From: an uncultured Thermoplasmata archaeon
Lineage (GTDB): Archaea > Thermoplasmatota > Thermoplasmata > WALJ01
Direction of reading: 5' to 3'
Assembly (NCBI GenBank): GCA_964591575.1
Contig: CAZQEG010000002.1
Location: forward strand, 1 to 25,812
DNA length: 25,812 bases
The position numbers and the translations under genes are program-made. The notes beneath the pieces were generated by a model. It searched no databases. It was given only the letters and a program-made list of their open reading frames with translations, and had not been told where the DNA came from. The first letter of the stretch is position 1. Every line of letters starts with the position of its first letter. Of this stretch, positions 15,907 to 24,619 are shown piece by piece.

Positions 15907-17196
15907 ATGAGCACGCCAGTAATAATCGATGGTGCGAGAACCGCAGTAGGAAAGTTCGGAGGCTCACTTAAAGATGTTCCGCTGGTTGAACTCGGCAGAG
16001 TGGTCATAAACGCAGCCGTGAAGAGGTCCGGACTGAGGCCGGCGGTATCGGATGAAATAAGGTCTTTCAGACCGGACATTTTCGGCGAATACGACAGCAC
16101 CGAACTCAACAGAAGATATTATGACTATGACACTGAGCTTCAGCCCGTATATTTTGACGAGGTCATAATGGGAAATGTGATACAGGCGGGCCTCGGGCAG
16201 AATCCCGCAAAACAGTCGGCGATATACGCCGGAATACCTGAAGAGACCGGTGCCTTCACCGTGAACAAAGTCTGTGCATCAGGTATGAAAGCGATAGCTC
16301 TTGCGGCTCAGTCCATAAAAGCGGGGGATTCTGAGATTGCGGTTGCCGGAGGAATGGAGAACATGAGCGCCGCTCCATATCTTCTTCCGAAAGCCAGATG
16401 GGGGTACCGGATGGATATGTTCGAAGGAAGTCTCATTGATGCGATGGTGCATGACGGGCTCTGGGAGATATTCAACGGCTATCACATGGGAATGACGGCG
16501 GAGAACATAGCCGAGAAATACGGAATAACGAGAGAAGAACAGGATGAGTTGGGTGTTTTAAGCCACAAAAGGGCAATGGAGGCCATAAAAAACGGGGCAT
16601 TCAAAGATGAGATTGTGCCTGTCATGGTGCCTCGAAGAAAGCAGGAGCCGTTCGCATTCGATACCGATGAAAGACCGATGGAGACCGATATGGAGAAGAT
16701 GGCACGACTGAAACCTGCGTTCAAAAGGGACGGAACGGTCACAGCCGGAAATTCTTCGGGTATAAATGATGCTGCAGCGGCAGTGGTGGTGAGTTCGGAG
16801 GAAAAGGCCGAAGAACTCGGAAAAGAGCCTCTGGCGAGAATAAAAGGATATGCAAGCGGAGGCGTTGACCCCGCATATATGGGGCTCGGCCCGATTCCTG
16901 CTGTCAGAAAGCTTATGAGGAAGCTGAACATGAAGATCCAGGACTTTGACATCATAGAGCTGAATGAGGCGTTTGCGGTGCAGGCGATAGCATGCATGAG
17001 AGAACTTAATATTGATACGGACAGAACAAATCTTCACGGAAGCGGAATATCGATAGGACACCCCATAGGTGCCACGGGAGCCAGAATAGTCTACAGCCTT
17101 GCATCGCAGATGAAGAAAAAACATGCAGGCCTCGGTCTTGCGACGCTGTGCATAGGCGGCGGTCAGGGTATGGCCATGGCCCTCGAGAGAGATTAA
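15907..17196 (+). CDS. Acetyl-CoA C-acyltransferase (bacterial-type thiolase) with an N-terminal insertion of about 35 aa
   Basis: 'VNKVCASGMKA' (catalytic Cys), 'NEAFA', 'GHPIGATG', 'CIGGGQGMA'. 429 aa versus about 390-395 aa for typical members. Confidence 0.95.
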   Translation: MSTPVIIDGARTAVGKFGGSLKDVPLVELGRVVINAAVKRSGLRPAVSDEIRSFRPDIFGEYDSTELNRRYYDYDTELQPVYFDEVIMGNVIQAGLGQNPAKQSAIYAGIPEETGAFTVNKVCASGMKAIALAAQSIKAGDSEIAVAGGMENMSAAPYLLPKARWGYRMDMFEGSLIDAMVHDGLWEIFNGYHMGMTAENIAEKYGITREEQDELGVLSHKRAMEAIKNGAFKDEIVPVMVPRRKQEPFAFDTDERPMETDMEKMARLKPAFKRDGTVTAGNSSGINDAAAAVVVSSEEKAEELGKEPLARIKGYASGGVDPAYMGLGPIPAVRKLMRKLNMKIQDFDIIELNEAFAVQAIACMRELNIDTDRTNLHGSGISIGHPIGATGARIVYSLASQMKKKHAGLGLATLCIGGGQGMAMALERD

Positions 17197-19304
17197 CGCC
17201 ATCTTTTCTTCTTGAGAGGGCTTTCTTTATTTTTCTTATTTTTTAGAATATACAGAAGAACAAGAAGTAAGAGCACGCCGAGCGCAGAGGAAGCGAGGAT
17301 ATAGTAGGGTGAAAAGGAATTGTCCGACTTTACCTTTATCCGGTAGCTGTTCGTTTCTTTCATCTCATTTCCATAGGAATCACAGACTCCCGAACTCACA
17401 ATTAGAGTATATGTGTGTCCTGCTTCCATTCCCGACGGAATTATCCTAACGGTGGAAGAATTCAGCCATTTCAGATGATATGTGAAGCCGACCGCAACCA
17501 GAGAATCTTTCACGCTTTCGCTGTCCACGCTTTCGCTGAACTCTATTGTAAATGATTCTCCCTGCCTTATCTCGGACGGCGGCCCTTTCTCTATGGACGG
17601 CGGTATCGTGTCGATGATTTTGACCGTGTAATTCCTGCTTTTTGCCTGATTTCCGTATGTGTCGTTTGCCCAGATATAATACACAAGGGTAATCGGGGTT
17701 TTCTGGGGTGGTATCGACCCGATAAAATTCGCTCCTTTCTGGGACATTTGGATATATTTCAGCCCGGTTCCGGCCCCGAAATAGTAAAGCCTCACGGATG
17801 ACAGATGCTCGTCGCTAACCTCCGCATATATATTCACGGGCTTGAGCCGTTCTCCTCGAAATGCAGGGAAGGGCACGGATATCTTCGGAGCTTCCGTATC
17901 GCCCACTCGAATGGAATATGTCTTTGAATATCCCCGATTGCCTTTTGAGTCCTGAGCCCACACGGTAATGCTCACGTTTCCTTCCTTCTCCTGTGCAGGA
18001 AGCTCTCCGGAATACTGAAATCCAGCCTCGCTCTGGTTTCCAGTCGGAGACATCAGCTCTTCCCCCTTCAAACCGTTCACATCCGTGTAATTGAATGCGA
18101 CGATTGAAATGCTGTCATCATCCTGTATGTCCGCAGATATCCTGATGTTTGAATACAGCCCAGTATCCTTTATGGTCACATTGTCAATCTCCGGTCTCAG
18201 GTCCGGATACCTTGAAAAATAGGTCCGCGTTCCGAAATCATTCTTTCTATTCCATACTATTCCCAGAGAGCCGTTGAAAAAGCATATCTCCGGCATAAGG
18301 TTGGTGTCTCTCTCCGTTATCCATGTATCTCCGACTATGCGATGGCCGTTAGGATCCATTTCCATATAGAATATATCGGGACTCCCTTTTCTGTTATCCT
18401 CCCAGACAACATGTAAATTCCCATTCCCGTCAAATGCGCCGTCAGGGTCAAGTGCATTTCCCGAGGTGTATGTTATTTCCGTTCCGTTGGTCCAGTTGAG
18501 GCCGTTGTTGTCGCTGTATGCGAGCATAAGCTGATAGTTCGAGCCCATAAGAGCACTCCACATGACATACATGCGTCCGCCGTGCACACCGGCCCACACC
18601 CTGCCTTCGCTACTTCCGTTGTATATCTCCGAATAGTTCCAGCTCTTTCCCATATCGGTGCTCCTGTAATCTCTGACAACACCGTCATAGGAAGAGATTA
18701 TGTGCATCGCATTTCCTGTGAACAGAAGAGCGCTGTTCTTGGCGGGTATGTTTGTTATCGGGCGGAGATAGTTCCAGTCCCTCCCTCCGTCATCGCTCGA
18801 ATACAGGTAGGATGTGAATGTATATCTGGCACCGAGAAGAACGATATCCGTGCCGTTCAACGCAACCGGAAGGGAATATTCCGCATCCCCTGTGCCAATC
18901 TGCATGCTGTTCCAGCTCTTTCCGTCTGAGGTCCGTGCGGAGTATGCTACAGCAAAACCAATGCCCCGATTCACCCAGAAAAAAAGCATTTGATCGCCTG
19001 TGGAAATGACCGCCGGCGAATAGGCTTTGTCCCTGTAATCGAGAAACGCAGTGGGAGCGGACCACGAGATCCCGCCGTCACTGCTGACGCTGATTTGCGG
19101 AATCCCGTTTTCATCATCCCAGAAAGCATAGAGGCTGCCGGAAAATGAAACTATCTGCGGTATCGAAAAGGACGCACAGCTATCAGAGAGGTCCCTGGAC
19201 ATGGACCATTCCTGCGTATCCGCTCTTGCCGGGGATAATGGCAACAGAAGCATGATAATGAATACTGTCATTATCTGTGCGGCGGCTCTCTTCTCTCTTG
19301 GCAT
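17193..19304 (-). CDS. Secreted/membrane-anchored protein: Asp-box (BNR) beta-propeller, three Ig-like domains, C-terminal TM and basic tail
   Basis: Signal peptide ending 'ARA'. Asp-boxes 'SSDGGISW', 'TSDGKSW', 'SDDGGRDW', 'STDMGKSW', 'SDNNGLNW'. Two 'A.D..GN' Ig-like units and a 'TIEFSESVD...V.D..GN' Big_5-like unit. TM followed by KNKKNKESPLKKKRWR. Confidence 0.85.
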   Translation of the reverse strand: MPREKRAAAQIMTVFIIMLLLPLSPARADTQEWSMSRDLSDSCASFSIPQIVSFSGSLYAFWDDENGIPQISVSSDGGISWSAPTAFLDYRDKAYSPAVISTGDQMLFFWVNRGIGFAVAYSARTSDGKSWNSMQIGTGDAEYSLPVALNGTDIVLLGARYTFTSYLYSSDDGGRDWNYLRPITNIPAKNSALLFTGNAMHIISSYDGVVRDYRSTDMGKSWNYSEIYNGSSEGRVWAGVHGGRMYVMWSALMGSNYQLMLAYSDNNGLNWTNGTEITYTSGNALDPDGAFDGNGNLHVVWEDNRKGSPDIFYMEMDPNGHRIVGDTWITERDTNLMPEICFFNGSLGIVWNRKNDFGTRTYFSRYPDLRPEIDNVTIKDTGLYSNIRISADIQDDDSISIVAFNYTDVNGLKGEELMSPTGNQSEAGFQYSGELPAQEKEGNVSITVWAQDSKGNRGYSKTYSIRVGDTEAPKISVPFPAFRGERLKPVNIYAEVSDEHLSSVRLYYFGAGTGLKYIQMSQKGANFIGSIPPQKTPITLVYYIWANDTYGNQAKSRNYTVKIIDTIPPSIEKGPPSEIRQGESFTIEFSESVDSESVKDSLVAVGFTYHLKWLNSSTVRIIPSGMEAGHTYTLIVSSGVCDSYGNEMKETNSYRIKVKSDNSFSPYYILASSALGVLLLLVLLYILKNKKNKESPLKKKRWR

Positions 19305-19397
19305 GGGTATGTGTTTAACGTTTTTTTCCTATATACGTTTTCTCTCGCTCAATTTGCCAGTAGCAAGATTTTTATCCGCATCCCCCCTCTCATGCGT

Positions 19398-20198
19398 ATG
19401 TGCAGAATATTCGCTTGCATCTCAGAGGAGAACTGCTCTCCGCGCTCCTTTCTGGTCTCCGACAGGTGTTCCCTTCTTAATCAGAGCACGGCACGTCCCG
19501 ATAAGCTTCAGAAAGACGGCTGGGGAATAGTATGGTACGGTCCGCAACTCGAAATATTCAAGAGCCCGAATCCCGTGTTTGAAGAGAAGGATGCCTTCAT
19601 CTCGAAAAGCACCCGCCAGCACCCGATAACAATAGCGCACATAAGAAAAGCGAGCAATCCCATGGGGCTCCCGCAGGAGAAGTTGAGGTCCTACGAGAAC
19701 ACCCAGCCGTTCGTCTTTGAGAACTGGTCCTTCGCCCATAACGGCCAGATAAATCATCCGGACAGAGTGAGAGAGTCAATGGGCATATGGGGGGAGAAGG
19801 TCCGAGGAATCAACGACAGCGAGGTATATTTCTGGCTTCTTATGAAGTATATCGAGGAAAAACGCGATGTGAAAGAGGCAATAAAAGCTGTTATAGAGCA
19901 CTTATACGATGTATGGAACAAAATTCCTGAAAATGAGAGGGCCGGAGCACCTTACAGCGCTCTGAACATGGTCCTTTCCGACGGGGTGCGGATATATGCC
20001 TTCTGCAAATACGATGGAAAAGGAAAGGACAGCCTCTGTTACAAGGACAGGCCTTATTATCAGATGCAGTATCTGAAAAGGAAAGGAATACTTGCCATTG
20101 CATCGGAACGAACATCCGAGGATGATTGGGTGCCTCTCGAGGACGGCAGCCTCCTTACCGCGGGCAGGGACGGATCTTTCAGAATAGAAAACTTATAG
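19398..20198 (+). CDS. Class II glutamine amidotransferase / Ntn hydrolase (YafJ/EgtC/DUG3-like)
   Basis: Start placed at Met-Cys-Arg (ATG 19398), which gives the N-terminal nucleophile Cys. Motifs 'DGWG', 'AHIRKAS', 'NTQPF', 'FAHNG', 'DSE'. Confidence 0.9.
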   Translation: MCRIFACISEENCSPRSFLVSDRCSLLNQSTARPDKLQKDGWGIVWYGPQLEIFKSPNPVFEEKDAFISKSTRQHPITIAHIRKASNPMGLPQEKLRSYENTQPFVFENWSFAHNGQINHPDRVRESMGIWGEKVRGINDSEVYFWLLMKYIEEKRDVKEAIKAVIEHLYDVWNKIPENERAGAPYSALNMVLSDGVRIYAFCKYDGKGKDSLCYKDRPYYQMQYLKRKGILAIASERTSEDDWVPLEDGSLLTAGRDGSFRIENL

Positions 20199-20832
20199 CA
20201 AGATATCTCAGAGCAACATATGCCGCACCGACAATGGCAATCGCACCGATATACTGGAGAATTCCCCATTTGAATACCTTGTATCCGTCGAGAGGCGGAA
20301 AAGGAATCATGTTGAAACCTGCGAGGAAGATGTTTATCAATGCTATGAAGTATGCCATCCCGCCGATGAAAGGAGATGCGAGGGCTATTATAGGGAACAT
20401 GAAGAGCGCTACCGCTATATTCATCATAGGGCCTGCTGCGCTTATCTTTCCGTTCTGCTCTTTGCTTATCATTCCTGATATGTAAACTGCACCCGGGGCT
20501 GCGAAAACCACGCCCGCAAATGAGGTGAAAAGAGCAAGGAGCAGACCTGCTGTCCACATTCGGAACTCAGCCCAGCATCCGTAGTGCCTCGCAAGCATCC
20601 TATGCCCCATTTCATGGAGAAAGAAACCGGTTATGACCGCAAGAAATGCCACTGGAAGCGTGTAAACAAGGAAAGAACGCGTGTCTCTCAGTCCGTATAT
20701 TCCATTGGAAAATGCGAAAGCGAAAGATATCGTCAGGACAATCACAGAGATGCTTATGTCTCTTTTCTCCTGCTGCCCGAATGAGAACAGCCCTCTTTGC
20801 CGTTCCGGGTAGTATCCGTACTGCGGCCACAT
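20179..20832 (-). CDS. Site-2 protease (peptidase M50) family membrane metalloprotease
   Basis: 'LHEMGH' HExxH, 'ISAAGP', 'FNMIPFPPLDG' (NxxPxxxLDG). Confidence 0.92.
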   Translation of the reverse strand: MWPQYGYYPERQRGLFSFGQQEKRDISISVIVLTISFAFAFSNGIYGLRDTRSFLVYTLPVAFLAVITGFFLHEMGHRMLARHYGCWAEFRMWTAGLLLALFTSFAGVVFAAPGAVYISGMISKEQNGKISAAGPMMNIAVALFMFPIIALASPFIGGMAYFIALINIFLAGFNMIPFPPLDGYKVFKWGILQYIGAIAIVGAAYVALRYLAISFLF

Positions 20833-20857
20833 GTTATTCCCTTTCTGTCAATCTATT

Positions 20858-21580
20858 TTAAGTCTTCGCCTTCGTTTCCGGAACTTCGCCGAACATCCTG
20901 CGGTACACCTCTTTATATCCTGCAAGAACATCCCCTTTGTCAAAGCGGTAGTTGTCTTTGTCCAGAGATTTTTTCGTCTCAGCGTCCCACAGCCTGCATG
21001 AGTCCGGGGATATCTCATCCGCCACAAGCAGCGTTCCTTCGCGGTCCTTTCCTAGTTCTATCTTGAAATCCGGAAGAAGTATGCCTATGGATTCGAAATA
21101 TCCCTTGAGGACATCGTTCACCCGGCGTGCTGTTCTCCTTATCTCGCTGAGCTCGTCTGTGGTGGCTATGCCCATCGCAAGAGCTATGTCATCGTTAAGA
21201 AGCGGGTCATGGTACGAATCGTCCTTGTAATCCAGCATAACTATCGGCCTTTCGAACACTGTTCCCTCTTTTATGGGATAATTTCTGGTTATCGAGCCGG
21301 CAGCGATGTTCCTCACTATCACCTCCAGAGGCACTATATTCACCTTTTTCACAAGCATCCTATTCGGTCTAAGAAGACCTGTGAAATGCGTTTTTATCCC
21401 GTTCTTTTCCAGAAGTTCGAAGAGTTTGGCGGATATCTGGCAGTTGTAGTACCCCTTTCCTACGACCACATCGTGCTTCACGGAGTCAAAGGCCGTGATG
21501 TCATCCCTGAACTCGATGAGATAGTGCTCGCCGTCATATTCATACACAGTCTTCGCTTTACCTTTAGCAATCTCCTTCAA
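20858..21580 (-). CDS. purC: Phosphoribosylaminoimidazole-succinocarboxamide (SAICAR) synthase
   Basis: 'KGKAKTVY', 'FRDDITAFD', 'PLEVIVRNIAAGS', 'DFKIELG', 'ADEISPDSCRLWD', 'DKDNYR'. The likely start is TTG 21580, with GGTGAT 3 nt upstream. Confidence 0.96.
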   Translation of the reverse strand: MKEIAKGKAKTVYEYDGEHYLIEFRDDITAFDSVKHDVVVGKGYYNCQISAKLFELLEKNGIKTHFTGLLRPNRMLVKKVNIVPLEVIVRNIAAGSITRNYPIKEGTVFERPIVMLDYKDDSYHDPLLNDDIALAMGIATTDELSEIRRTARRVNDVLKGYFESIGILLPDFKIELGKDREGTLLVADEISPDSCRLWDAETKKSLDKDNYRFDKGDVLAGYKEVYRRMFGEVPETKAKT

Positions 21581-21657
21581 CGGATCACCGCCCCTGCATC
21601 TTCCATGCCTTATTAAGCCTATCGCAGTTCCGGATTTCTCGCTGCACCTCTCTGGAG

Positions 21658-21713
21658 TTATCAGTATCAATAATTAAAATCAAAATTCTGCTAGATAGAT
21701 TAAATACTGATAA
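21658..21713. promoter_or_regulatory. Perfect 10-bp inverted repeat in the divergent purC / surface-protein promoter region
   Basis: TTATCAGTAT at 21658-21667 and ATACTGATAA at 21704-21713, with a 36-bp AT-rich spacer. The right arm overlaps a TTAAATA TATA candidate (21700-21706). Confidence 0.55.
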
Positions 21714-21729
21714 TCTTCAAGTAGATAGC

Positions 21730-24564
21730 ATGAACCAAAAAACACATGATTCGAAGATGGTATGTGCGGCAATAACCGCCATGCTGATTTTAGTGGGCGT
21801 CATGTACGCCGCGGTGCCTGCGAGTGGGAGTTCGGGGAGCATTCCTGTTGTAGAGTGGAAAGAGGATGGGAACTACACGATAGATCTTAACAGCGCACTT
21901 CCGAATGGATGGCACGATTTCAGGATAGTAGGGCTTGAGAACATAACTTATACTCTGAACGGAAGCATAATCAGGCTTTCGGCTCCGGAAAACTGGAACG
22001 GTATGGAGATGGGAGATGTGATTTACAACATCACACATGGTATCATAATACCGTTCTACATAGGGGGTGAAGAAGAAAAGAGTGTCTATGTCGATTTCGT
22101 CGTGGATGCTGTCAATGACCCACCAACTGTGAACACTCCGGTGATAAATACGGAATTCGATGAGGACACGAACGAGAGCATCGACCTGCAGAATTATTTC
22201 AGCGATGTGGACAGTGTGCTTAGCTTCGGTGCACAGTCGTCGGGGAATATAACCGCATCCGTGATTGGCAGCACCCTTACACTGATTCCGGCGCCTAACT
22301 GGCACGGAAAGGAGAGCATGATGGTGTTCGCGACCGACGGAGAATACACGGTTCAGGCAACGCTCGCCTGCACGGTCGACGCAGTACCTGATTTTGCAGT
22401 CGAAGGCAACGACATAATCGTTCCTATGCTTGAGGACCACACTGTCGATATCGACCTCACGGACTACATATCTCCCGGATGGGCAAGCATATCCATAGAA
22501 TCATCGACTCCCGAGATATCATGGACGCTTGACGGAAGCATTCTCCGCATAACACCGGCACATAACTGGAACGGTATGTATGATATGAATGTGAGTGTCG
22601 AATATTATTCCATTGGGGACCCGCAACCGCCTTCGATAGAGGCTGTGAAAGACATAGATTTCGGGATTTCAATCGATGTGAAGGCAGTGGACGACCCACC
22701 GTATATAGCGCTCACCAGCATGAATGATATATGGATGAGCGAGGACAGCCAGAAATCAATAGATCTGAATTCCGTATTTGCCGACCCGGATACTCCTGTG
22801 CTAACATATACGGTCTCATCGGACAATCAGAGCATGAAAGCGGTCGTGGATTCAAACGGCACTCTGATGCTGATACCCGCGCACAACTGGTATGGAACCG
22901 CAAACATAACAGTGCTTGCATTCGACGGGGTTTATTCGGTACCACTGGTCATTCATATCCATGTGCTCAATGCACCGGACATAGCGATGTATGAAGATAC
23001 ACCAATGACATTCGACTTGAGCTCATATCTGCATACTGGCATGATAGGAATGGATACGAAGGTGATTGACGGAGAAATAAGTGTGATTCCGGACATTGCT
23101 AATGACACCCTGTTCATAGACCCGTTCTCAAACTGGAACGGATATTCTAAGGTCGAGATAACCGCATATTACTGGTCGGGCCCCGTGGCATTTTCGGGAA
23201 ATCCATCGGTTGCTCCTTCATATATAAGATACCTGCACCCAGTGACGGAGATTGCGGAGATAAATGTGCTTCCTGTGAATGACCCGCCTGTAATAACCGG
23301 GAATCCGGAGATAACCGCAGCGGAAGACACGAACAGCACGCTTGATCTTTCGGATTATTTCAGCGATGTGGATTCGAATCTGGCATATACGGCATCTTCT
23401 GACGGGAATCTGAGCGCACAGGTAAAAGGCAGCGAGCTTATCATGCATCCGGCAGCCAACTGGAATGGGAATGACACGGTGAAAGTAACAGCCACCGATG
23501 GAGAATACAGTGTGAGCCTCAGCATTCCCGTGAACATAATCCCCGTGGACGATCCACCTGTACTTCTGGCAACCAAATCTACCGGTGTCTATATGAACGA
23601 GGACAGCTCCTATTCAATCGCACTCGGCTCGATGTTCTACGATGTGGATTCGACTCTTCAGTATGAATTCAGCGCTCCACAGTACCTCAACTGCACCGTA
23701 ACGGACGGAAAACTTGTAATAAGGCCGGCAGACAACTGGAACGGGGATGCCGTGCTGAACATAACAGCCACTGACGGAGAGTACAATGTATCCGCAGAGG
23801 TTCCCATACATGTTCTACCGGTGGATGACGCACCTACGGCAGCGGTGACCGACATGTCACTCAAAGGCACTGAAGGCAGAGTTCTGTCCGTGAACCTCGC
23901 AGACTACTTCTCCGATGTGGATTCGGAACTTTCCTATTCCTATACTGGTGGTGCACATCTGGTTGTGAGCATAGATTCTAGCGGATATGCCACGATAGAG
24001 CCTGCAGACAACTGGAGCGGAAGCACGCATCTGAATTTCACAGCCAGCGACGGAACATATACAGCGCGGATTCCCGTGACTCTGTTCATATCGGCGGTCA
24101 ATCACGCACCGGAGGCGGACAACAGCTCAGCGGTGCTCGATATGCATAGGGGGAAGTCCTACACCATCGACCTTGCAAAATATTTCTTGGACCCCGACGG
24201 CGATAGTCTGACATACACGGTGATAGCGGACAGCGGTGTTCGCGTATCTGTGAACGGCAGTGAAGCCACGGTAACGGTGCTGAAGAGCGCAAACGGGGAC
24301 GAGAAGATAACGATAATAGCAAGCGACGGAGAGACCAACACATCCATGGATATGCATCTTGTCTCAATGCCTCTGCCCGTGGAATCTCAGAATCCCCCGC
24401 CAGAGTATCCGACAACAACAGAAGAAAGCAGCGGAACGGCCATCTCTCCCACGATGGCATACGGTGCCATGATAGCGTCCATAGCTATGGCGATGGCAGC
24501 CCTCGGGTATGCTCTGCTCTATCTGAAACCGAAAAGCTTCCGCAAAAAGCAGGAAACCCTCTAA
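21730..24564 (+). CDS. Large cell-surface protein with nine tandem cadherin-like/Ig-like (~95 aa, 'tandem-95'-type) repeats and a C-terminal TM anchor
   Basis: Signal peptide. Recurrent 'V(N/D)DPP', 'ED....IDL..YF.DVD', 'P..NW(N/H/Y/S)G' (8 copies) and 'ATDGEY'. Pro/Thr/Glu/Ser linker, TM, and basic tail KPKSFRKK. About 21 N-x-S/T sequons. Confidence 0.9.
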   Translation: MNQKTHDSKMVCAAITAMLILVGVMYAAVPASGSSGSIPVVEWKEDGNYTIDLNSALPNGWHDFRIVGLENITYTLNGSIIRLSAPENWNGMEMGDVIYNITHGIIIPFYIGGEEEKSVYVDFVVDAVNDPPTVNTPVINTEFDEDTNESIDLQNYFSDVDSVLSFGAQSSGNITASVIGSTLTLIPAPNWHGKESMMVFATDGEYTVQATLACTVDAVPDFAVEGNDIIVPMLEDHTVDIDLTDYISPGWASISIESSTPEISWTLDGSILRITPAHNWNGMYDMNVSVEYYSIGDPQPPSIEAVKDIDFGISIDVKAVDDPPYIALTSMNDIWMSEDSQKSIDLNSVFADPDTPVLTYTVSSDNQSMKAVVDSNGTLMLIPAHNWYGTANITVLAFDGVYSVPLVIHIHVLNAPDIAMYEDTPMTFDLSSYLHTGMIGMDTKVIDGEISVIPDIANDTLFIDPFSNWNGYSKVEITAYYWSGPVAFSGNPSVAPSYIRYLHPVTEIAEINVLPVNDPPVITGNPEITAAEDTNSTLDLSDYFSDVDSNLAYTASSDGNLSAQVKGSELIMHPAANWNGNDTVKVTATDGEYSVSLSIPVNIIPVDDPPVLLATKSTGVYMNEDSSYSIALGSMFYDVDSTLQYEFSAPQYLNCTVTDGKLVIRPADNWNGDAVLNITATDGEYNVSAEVPIHVLPVDDAPTAAVTDMSLKGTEGRVLSVNLADYFSDVDSELSYSYTGGAHLVVSIDSSGYATIEPADNWSGSTHLNFTASDGTYTARIPVTLFISAVNHAPEADNSSAVLDMHRGKSYTIDLAKYFLDPDGDSLTYTVIADSGVRVSVNGSEATVTVLKSANGDEKITIIASDGETNTSMDMHLVSMPLPVESQNPPPEYPTTTEESSGTAISPTMAYGAMIASIAMAMAALGYALLYLKPKSFRKKQETL

Positions 24565-24577
24565 TCTTTTCTTTTTT
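24565..24577 (+). terminator. Putative oligo-T archaeal terminator
   Basis: TCTTTTCTTTTTT directly after the stop of the surface-protein gene. Confidence 0.5.
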
Positions 24578-24619
24578 GAGTTAAGTTTTTAAGCTCTCCT
24601 TCATTCTTTTTCCGATAGC

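Noticed and set aside
22180-24060. DNA-level similarity among surface-protein repeats as a sign of recent expansion or diversity-generating activity
   Set aside because: Only short codon-level matches at conserved motifs with synonymous differences. There is no near-identical template/variable pair and no reverse transcriptase in the window.
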